Positions 34,648-40,255 of a DNA stretch of 40,255 bases are shown piece after piece (positions within the stretch are counted from its first letter, which is position 1; each line of letters starts with the position of its first letter). Made by a program: the position numbers and the translations under genes. The stretch is taken from positions 1 to 40,255 of the IMG/VR virus record IMGVR_UViG_3300020215_000040; one strand, written 5' to 3'. The notes under the pieces are model-generated. The model saw only the letters and a list, made by a program, of their open reading frames with translations, made no database searches and was not told where the DNA came from. The DNA comes from a virus.

Positions 34648-35679
34648 ATGCAAACTAAAGATAACTCTAACTCGAATAACTCAAGCAATCCTTTTGATGC
34701 TTTTCTCGCGGGTGCAGAAGCAGCCGACGAAGGAAAATCAGAGATACCGCTTGATACTAGCCTGTCAAATGAAGCGGAACAGGCGCCGCTTAACTCGGGA
34801 AAAGAGGATCAAGAAGGTTCTGAGTGGACTCAGGACGTTAACAAGGAACAAAAACAGGCGACTGACTCTGATAAATCCGATTCAAACGCGGATTCAAACG
34901 CAAATAAACCCGATGAAAAAGAGAAAGATGAGAAGAAAGACGAAGTACGGGATGAATCAAAGGACGCTGAGGACTCTTCTAAGTATCAACGGGCCAAGCA
35001 AAATCGGGAGTTGCGGCAAAATCTTCAAGATTGGCAGGAGAGGCTAAAAAAGCAGGAGAAGGAACTTGCCGAGAGAGAAAGTGAGATTATAGCCAAGCTG
35101 CAAGAGGTTGAATCTAAGCTCAAAGTGCAAGACCAACCTCCTACAAAGTGGAGTGAAAAGGAACTTACTGATGCAATCGAGGACTTCAAACAAGAAGGAC
35201 GCGAGGATTTAGTTAAGGATGCTGAAGCTCAACTTAAAGCGCTTCAAGAGTGGAAGGCAAACAAGAGTAAGTCTGAAAGTAAACCCTCCGATTACAGTAA
35301 GGACAACCGTTATTGGTACAACGCGCATCAAATTATCGAGAAGATGCCGGAATTAAAGGATGCAACGCAGGGCCTTGGTAAGGAATTGAAGTCCTTACTC
35401 GAACAAAACCCGGAGTTCTTTAGTTCTGTCAACGGATTCTCGAAGGCTGTTGAGGTAGCGAAGATGAAATTCGATCTTACCAAGAATGCCGCGCTTGTAT
35501 CGGATTTACAGAAGCAAGTCGCCGAAAAAGATAAAGAAATTCAACGATTAACCAAGCTCACTAGCTTGAACACCGGAGCACCGTCGAGCCGCCCCGCACC
35601 TAAGTCCTTTGAGAATCTATCTCATGAGGAACAGTTAGCGGAGTTGGAACGACAAGCTGAGGAGTTATCACAGGCTTAA
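34648..35679 (+). CDS. Scaffolding protein
   Basis: 343 aa, very acidic and Lys-rich coiled coil, immediately upstream of the capsid gene. Confidence 0.7.
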   Translation: MQTKDNSNSNNSSNPFDAFLAGAEAADEGKSEIPLDTSLSNEAEQAPLNSGKEDQEGSEWTQDVNKEQKQATDSDKSDSNADSNANKPDEKEKDEKKDEVRDESKDAEDSSKYQRAKQNRELRQNLQDWQERLKKQEKELAERESEIIAKLQEVESKLKVQDQPPTKWSEKELTDAIEDFKQEGREDLVKDAEAQLKALQEWKANKSKSESKPSDYSKDNRYWYNAHQIIEKMPELKDATQGLGKELKSLLEQNPEFFSSVNGFSKAVEVAKMKFDLTKNAALVSDLQKQVAEKDKEIQRLTKLTSLNTGAPSSRPAPKSFENLSHEEQLAELERQAEELSQA

Positions 35680-35716
35680 AAGTAAGCATGGTTGATCGAT
35701 TCACGGAGAAAATAAA

Positions 35717-36688
35717 ATGGCAGCAGTAACGACATCATTATCAGGGTGGAACGAACAACTACAAAAAGTAATGAGTCGCGAGCTTATCAAGCATGCGATT
35801 CAAGCCACACGCAAGGCTGAGTTTGCGAAAAAAGTAAAGCTTCCCAAACAACAAGGTGGTAAGACGGTTTCCGTTTTTCGACGTGTTGCAGGTGCGGCAT
35901 CCAATGTGCAATCACTCACTGAAGGTACAGCAATTAATACCTTCACTTCTGTGACTTACACTGAAGTGAACATTACGCTTTCTCAAATCGGGGAAGCAAT
36001 CAAGTACACCGACATTGCCAACTATGTGCAATTGCTCGATGTGCTGCGCGATGGTATCGCCCTCATGGGTGAAGATTGCGCGCTCAAGGTTGACGATCTC
36101 GTTAACACTGAGCTGAAGGCCGGTACAACCAAGCGATATGCTCAAGGATTGGCAAACTATGCCGCCCTTGTTGCCGCTTCAACTGCAGCCGGAAAAATCA
36201 TTGCAACGGATCTTCTTGATTCTTGCACTAACCTCAAGATCAACCGTGCTCCAACATTCGATGGAGATTACGTAATGATTGCAGCTCCTCAAGTTACACG
36301 TGACTTGATGAACGACAACGATTGGCTCGAAGCCGCTAAATACAGCGCTGTGGGTAAATTGTTTAACGGTGAAGCCGGAAAACTACATGGTGTCCGTGTC
36401 GTAGAAGACACTGCTCCTTGGCGTGAAGATACCGGTGGGTCTGAAGGAACATATGCCGGATCCGGCGGAGTCTTCGCTTCCTACATCGTAGGGAAAGAAG
36501 CTTACGCTTGGACTGACATTGGTGATTTGGGGAACCCCAACTCTCCTAAGATCATCATCAACGATAAGCCCGATAAATCCGATCCATTAAATCAGTTCAT
36601 CACTGCGGGATGGAAAGGCTATTGCGGAGCGAAGATTCTGAACAACAGCTTCTTCGTAGTGCTTCGTAGCTTAACTCAATACTCCTAA
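35717..36688 (+). CDS. Major capsid protein (HK97-fold type)
   Basis: 323 aa with a GGAG ribosome-binding site, positioned after the scaffold. The sequence pattern resembles N4-gp56/HK97-type capsids from memory. A strong hairpin lies downstream. Confidence 0.8.
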   Translation: MAAVTTSLSGWNEQLQKVMSRELIKHAIQATRKAEFAKKVKLPKQQGGKTVSVFRRVAGAASNVQSLTEGTAINTFTSVTYTEVNITLSQIGEAIKYTDIANYVQLLDVLRDGIALMGEDCALKVDDLVNTELKAGTTKRYAQGLANYAALVAASTAAGKIIATDLLDSCTNLKINRAPTFDGDYVMIAAPQVTRDLMNDNDWLEAAKYSAVGKLFNGEAGKLHGVRVVEDTAPWREDTGGSEGTYAGSGGVFASYIVGKEAYAWTDIGDLGNPNSPKIIINDKPDKSDPLNQFITAGWKGYCGAKILNNSFFVVLRSLTQYS

Positions 36689-36698
36689 TTCATAGGCT

Positions 36699-36734
36699 GA
36701 TAGCTCTGCCGGTGTAAAAGCCGGCGGGGCTATC
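36699..36734 (+). terminator. Strong hairpin downstream of the capsid gene (attenuator/stabiliser; no U-tract)
   Basis: GATAGCTCTGCCGG tgtaaaag CCGGCGGGGCTATC forms a 14-bp stem with two G-U pairs. Confidence 0.45.
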
Positions 36735-36752
36735 AATAACGAAAGAAAATAA

Positions 36753-37067
36753 ATGGAAGCTCTAGTCATTGGAGTTGGAAAGCCTAAAGGCGGCTCAATG
36801 GAGCTTTGCTTACCGTCTCAAAACTTAGCTGTTGAAGGTGTTGAGCCTGAAAATGGTGATGAGGTTGAGTTTACGGTTAAAGGCAAGGTTTCACGTGCTG
36901 AAGGTGGGTTTACTTATGTAACCCCTAGCATGGTCAACGGCGAACCTGTTGCAGCTTCCGCTAAGAAGGAAGAGCCTGCAGAACCCAAGAAGGATGAGAG
37001 CGAGGAATCGCTCGATTCCCTTATGGAAGGCGCCAAGAAAAAGGACGAAGAGGGAGGAATGTACTAA
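36753..37067 (+). CDS. Small acidic head-associated protein
   Basis: 104-aa ATG ORF with an acidic, Lys-rich C-terminus. Confidence 0.6.
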   Translation: MEALVIGVGKPKGGSMELCLPSQNLAVEGVEPENGDEVEFTVKGKVSRAEGGFTYVTPSMVNGEPVAASAKKEEPAEPKKDESEESLDSLMEGAKKKDEEGGMY

Positions 37068-37071
37068 GTCT

Positions 37072-37338
37072 ATGCCACTCTACGAGTACATCAACAAGGA
37101 GAACGGTTTGAGGGTCACAATGGTGAGGTCTGTTTCAGAACGGGATTTGCCGGTGGTACTTCAATTCGAACGCGTTGAGGTGCCGTCGAGTATTTCCGTT
37201 GTTGGTTTTGCTCAAAACACGAACACCACTAAGCACGATGTCCTTAAGGGTTACTACCAAGAGGAATGCAAGGGTGGCCCGTGGAAGAGCAAATACACAA
37301 AGGAACAAATCAAAAAGGCTTGGTCACAACCTGACTAA
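37072..37338 (+). CDS. Hypothetical protein
   Basis: 88 aa from ATG 37072 (MPLYEYINKENG...), with GGAGG upstream. The track ORF 36949 extends back into the previous gene. Confidence 0.55.
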   Translation: MPLYEYINKENGLRVTMVRSVSERDLPVVLQFERVEVPSSISVVGFAQNTNTTKHDVLKGYYQEECKGGPWKSKYTKEQIKKAWSQPD

Positions 37339-37352
37339 TAAAGGAAAGAATT

Positions 37353-37616
37353 ATGGCTGATAAAAGATCACGAGTAAATATCGACATTAATGGGCCCGGA
37401 ACACCCGGGTATAAAGTTAACGGAACTAAAGTTGTCGGAGCGCAGGAATCAACCTTCGCTGCTCTCACTGATAACTCAGGCGGATCAGCGGGCGACACAA
37501 TCGCCGCTATTGGTGCCTCTTACAACCAAGCTGAAGTACGCAATGCCGTTGCTTCGTTGGCTGCAAAGATCAACACCATTCGCACGAAGCTCCGTAACCA
37601 CGGATTAGTCGCTTAA
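37353..37616 (+). CDS. Hypothetical small structural protein
   Basis: 87-aa ATG ORF in the head/tail module. Confidence 0.6.
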   Translation: MADKRSRVNIDINGPGTPGYKVNGTKVVGAQESTFAALTDNSGGSAGDTIAAIGASYNQAEVRNAVASLAAKINTIRTKLRNHGLVA

Positions 37617-38191
37617 TGAGCAATCAAGTAAGCAACTTAGGAGAGAAGGGGGCGGCGACTCCGCCCTCTTCAATCCTTGCGCTCCCAATGTGGCCGAGAG
37701 ATACGGTTGAAGATTTAACCAAGTACTACGGCAAACATGAATTAGGGTATGACGGGCTGCCTACGGAACGGTGGGAGAACTCATTTCTCACCACAATCGC
37801 CACAGCATATCCAATGTTCTACGTGGGAAGCGTTGAACCGGTACGAATCCATAAGATTTGCTGCAACAAGCAAGTGGCAAAATCCCTCAATGCAATTTTG
37901 GGAGACATTTTAAAGCATTACGGAAGTGTAGAGGCCGTGCATCAAGCGCGGATGGATTTATTCGGAGGATGCTACTGCTATAGGCGCCGACGTGGCGGCC
38001 ACAGTCTTTCAACTCATGCATGGGGTGCAGCAATCGACTTAGACCCGGAGCGTAATCAGTTGGGCAAAAAGTACGACAAAACAAAAGGAATGATGCCCGA
38101 GGCTGTGATCAAGATTTTTGAGAAATACGGGTGGACATGGGGTGGCTTATGGAAGCTACCGGACGCAATGCATTTTCAAGCAGCAATATAA
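37616..38191 (+). CDS. Endolysin, peptidase M15 (VanY / L-Ala-D-Glu peptidase type)
   Basis: HSLSTHAWGAAIDLD (H-x6-D zinc ligands) and PDAMHFQ (third ligand His). Confidence 0.8.
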   Translation: MSNQVSNLGEKGAATPPSSILALPMWPRDTVEDLTKYYGKHELGYDGLPTERWENSFLTTIATAYPMFYVGSVEPVRIHKICCNKQVAKSLNAILGDILKHYGSVEAVHQARMDLFGGCYCYRRRRGGHSLSTHAWGAAIDLDPERNQLGKKYDKTKGMMPEAVIKIFEKYGWTWGGLWKLPDAMHFQAAI

Positions 38192-38194
38192 TTT

Positions 38195-38728
38195 ATGGCA
38201 ACAATTACAACGGGATATTCATTTGCAAATGGTGAGTTGAATATTACTCACACAAAACTAAACAATGCAGTTAACCTCGCTACTATCACCGGTATTGTTG
38301 CAGGTGAAATATCGAGCGGTGCAATCACAGCGGTTAAGCTTAATGCTAATTGTGCGGGTTTAGGTCTTGCTCAAAATGGTGGCGATTCAAGTTTACAGAT
38401 TGTTGGGTATGGTGTAGCTGCGGTAACCCTTACAAGCGGTACAACTACACTAACGCGCAGCACAAGCGATTACATTCAGAAGTTTAGCGGCACATTAAGT
38501 GGGGCTTGTATTATTAACCTAAGCCGCACCAATGCGGTCGAAGGAGATCGGTTCTATTTTCGAATGAATGGGCCGGTTACCACAGCAAGCAATACGCTCA
38601 CCATCCAAGAGAACGGAAGCGGTTCATTAATTGTCTTTAATGAAAGTAAAACGCTTAAGGGCGGAATGACTTTTCAATTTAACGGAACATCTTGGGAACT
38701 TCACGAAAACAACGTCATTGAGAGCTAA
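38195..38728 (+). CDS. Tail fibre-like protein
   Basis: 177 aa. N-terminal ITHTKLNNAVNLATITGIVAGEISSGAITAVKLN resembles fibre N-termini. Confidence 0.55.
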   Translation: MATITTGYSFANGELNITHTKLNNAVNLATITGIVAGEISSGAITAVKLNANCAGLGLAQNGGDSSLQIVGYGVAAVTLTSGTTTLTRSTSDYIQKFSGTLSGACIINLSRTNAVEGDRFYFRMNGPVTTASNTLTIQENGSGSLIVFNESKTLKGGMTFQFNGTSWELHENNVIES

Positions 38729-38731
38729 TAT

Positions 38732-39394
38732 ATGGCTGATAATTTAATTACTTACGATTCGAGCAATGAGCGTAAAAAGGATAGCGGGATTGCTGTGTCA
38801 AGCGGTCAAATATCTACATCTAACAGTGTAGCAAGTGCAGCGGTTCAAGGTGTAACAACCTCCGCAGGTGCAGGTGATAGCGGTAAGGTGGTAAAGCTCA
38901 ACGGAAGTGGAAAGATTGATAGCACAATGCTTTCTTCGACAACAGCCGACATCATTGTTGTTCAAGATCAGAAAGCAGCAAATACTGCGGGTGGTACTTT
39001 TACTTCGGGCGCATGGAGAACAAGGGATATTAACACCGAGGTTGTTGATACAGGAAATCACTGCAGTATTTCATCCAATCAAATCACGCTAGCTGCGGGT
39101 ACATACGAATGCATTATTCGAGCGCCGGCTTACCAAGTCGATAACCATAGATGTAAGTTGTATAACATAACAGATTCTTCTGACGTACTTTTAGGAGAAT
39201 CAGCAAGAACATCGGCCACAGTCGGCAGTATTAGCCATTCTCAAATCACAGGTCGATTTGTTCTAGCAGCACAAAAAACATTAGAAATTCAACACTTCTG
39301 CTCTGCATCATCTGCAACTCAAGGATTTGGATTTCCTGCAAATGACGGCTCAGTGGAGATATACACCACTGCGTTCTTTAGAAAGGTAGCATAA
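38732..39394 (+). CDS. Tail fibre-like protein
   Basis: 220 aa. The motif GDSGKVVKLNGSGKIDSTML is common in fibre proximal regions. Confidence 0.55.
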   Translation: MADNLITYDSSNERKKDSGIAVSSGQISTSNSVASAAVQGVTTSAGAGDSGKVVKLNGSGKIDSTMLSSTTADIIVVQDQKAANTAGGTFTSGAWRTRDINTEVVDTGNHCSISSNQITLAAGTYECIIRAPAYQVDNHRCKLYNITDSSDVLLGESARTSATVGSISHSQITGRFVLAAQKTLEIQHFCSASSATQGFGFPANDGSVEIYTTAFFRKVA

Positions 39395-39720
39395 TGGATC
39401 TTGCACTTGTCATGAATGAATTACGGCCGGGGGAAAATGTTGCGCCTGATTTGTCGAGCTATGAAGCCATGGCCGCTAAGTGGCGTGGCTCCGGTGATTG
39501 TCCCACTAAAGCAGAATGTGTGGCTAAGTGGAATCAAATCAAGGATGCGGTTGCTTCCAAAGATAACGATAGAAGTCGAAGGGAAGAATATCTTAAGCGA
39601 GGGTTGCTGTTAGATCTGCCTATGGCGTTATACGAGAAGATTCAAAATAACAACGATGCATTATTGCTGCAATTGAAACCGATTATCGAACAAATCAACG
39701 CAACCTATCCGAAGAAATAA
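39394..39720 (+). CDS. Hypothetical protein
   Basis: 108-aa ORF. Its ATG overlaps the previous stop. Confidence 0.6.
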   Translation: MDLALVMNELRPGENVAPDLSSYEAMAAKWRGSGDCPTKAECVAKWNQIKDAVASKDNDRSRREEYLKRGLLLDLPMALYEKIQNNNDALLLQLKPIIEQINATYPKK

Positions 39721-39729
39721 AGGGTTATT

Positions 39730-40255
39730 ATGTCATTAACATTATCGGAAATCGCGGCTGACGTAACGGATAAACTGAACAAATCAGACAGTACAAGCGT
39801 TGCGTTAGCTAAGCGTTTTGCTCGCCGCCGATACGAGATGATTTACCATGCAGGTTTGTGGAAGGATACACTTGTTCTAGCTACTAAGGCCGCAACAACG
39901 AACATTCTTACACTACCTCTTGAGATAGAGCATGTGGTAGCGGTGCGGTGGAATGAACAGGAAGTTTTCCCGGTAGATCAACAGCTCCTATTCCGAGTAG
40001 ATCCTAATATCTTTGAGCGCTCCGGTACTCCCATTCTTTACACTGAGCAAACCCCTGTTGGAGTTCTTACGCAACCGGCTGACGAATTGATGAGGTTCGT
40101 GAGTAGTTCAGCATCAGACACGAGCAAGAGCGTTGTGATTCGAGGTGAACTGAATGGGGCTGAACAAGTCGAGACTGTCACCCTTAATGGCGCAGTGAAT
40201 GTAAACACTACGAAGTCTTGGGATGTGATTTATACGTTAGCCAAGGATGTTACCA
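39730..40255 (+). CDS. N-terminal part of the junction-spanning 315-aa virion protein (continues at 1-549)
   Basis: From ATG 39730 the frame stays open to the window end and is in frame with 1-549 after removing the 127-nt duplicate. Confidence 0.7.
   Translation, partial: MSLTLSEIAADVTDKLNKSDSTSVALAKRFARRRYEMIYHAGLWKDTLVLATKAATTNILTLPLEIEHVVAVRWNEQEVFPVDQQLLFRVDPNIFERSGTPILYTEQTPVGVLTQPADELMRFVSSSASDTSKSVVIRGELNGAEQVETVTLNGAVNVNTTKSWDVIYTLAKDVT
40129..40255. repeat. Terminal direct repeat, identical to 1-127
   Basis: 127/127 identity with the window start. Confidence 0.95.

Larger units (their letters stand above)
1..40128. mobile_element. Complete circular (or circularly permuted) temperate tailed-phage genome, podovirus-like virion module
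   Basis: The 127-nt ends are identical and an ORF crosses the junction. The unit holds integrase plus a tRNA-derived att, a CI/HTH switch, and replication, terminase, portal, scaffold, capsid, ejection-protein and lysis modules. Confidence 0.85.

Noticed and set aside
34694-35047. 117-aa K/R-rich alternative-frame ORF inside the scaffold gene
   Set aside because: It is a by-product of the GA-rich acidic coding sequence, and its reading has no structure or motifs.
36949-37071. N-terminal extension of the 37072 ORF (track ORF 36949-37338)
   Set aside because: The extension is an R/K-rich alternative frame of the preceding acidic gene. ATG 37072 has a GGAGG site and starts cleanly after that gene's stop.
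1-40255. Search for CRISPR arrays, a reverse transcriptase/DGR template-variable repeat pair near the fibre genes, retron-like structures, and rRNA or intact tRNA genes
   Set aside because: No spaced direct-repeat array, no YxDD-type RT motif in any listed ORF, and no long near-identical repeat pair flanking the fibre genes were seen by eye. A computational repeat search would be needed to exclude short TR/VR pairs.

Overview
The window is one complete, circularly closed genome of a temperate tailed phage. Bases 1-127 are identical to 40129-40255, so the unit length is 40,128 bp, and one ORF reads through the junction. All calls rest on motifs read from the translations and on gene order; no database search was possible. 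Layout: (i) + strand 24.8-40.1 kb, continuing to 1-9.8 kb, holds the late genes: TerS, TerL, a fibre/receptor-binding cluster, a holin-like and overlapped spanin cassette, portal, scaffold, major capsid, M15 endolysin, more fibre-like genes, adaptor and tail genes, three ejection-type proteins including a 1568-aa giant, and a metallophosphoesterase. (ii) - strand 9.8-20.4 kb is a tightly coupled early operon: excisionase-family HTH, SSB-like protein, PD-(D/E)xK exonuclease, replication organiser, DnaB helicase, a second nuclease, many small ORFs, a cytosine-5 DNA methyltransferase, Cys-rich proteins, a lipoprotein and a DUF6378-like protein. (iii) 20.4-24.2 kb is the lysogeny module: divergent switch region, CI/LexA-type repressor, two repressor-linked accessory genes, tyrosine integrase, and an attP-like region built on the 5' half of a tRNA-Arg(UCG). 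The lack of tape-measure, tube or sheath genes suggests a podovirus-like virion. The spanins and lipoproteins suggest a diderm host. The most unusual feature is the methyltransferase locus (13210-13983, - strand). A 257-codon frame carries the complete C5-MTase motif series. A 204-codon +1 frame lies entirely inside it and carries a second, independent-looking motif series (TPxAxD repeats, LNPxFVEWLMGxP). The two motif sets are codon-shifted readings of the same nucleotides. Other items worth a look: attP arm repeats, 21-bp iterons inside the replication gene, phased GCGGAAA repeats in terS, a three-copy paralogous fibre domain, and accessory genes in the lysogeny and distal early regions. No CRISPR array, reverse transcriptase, rRNA or intact tRNA was seen.
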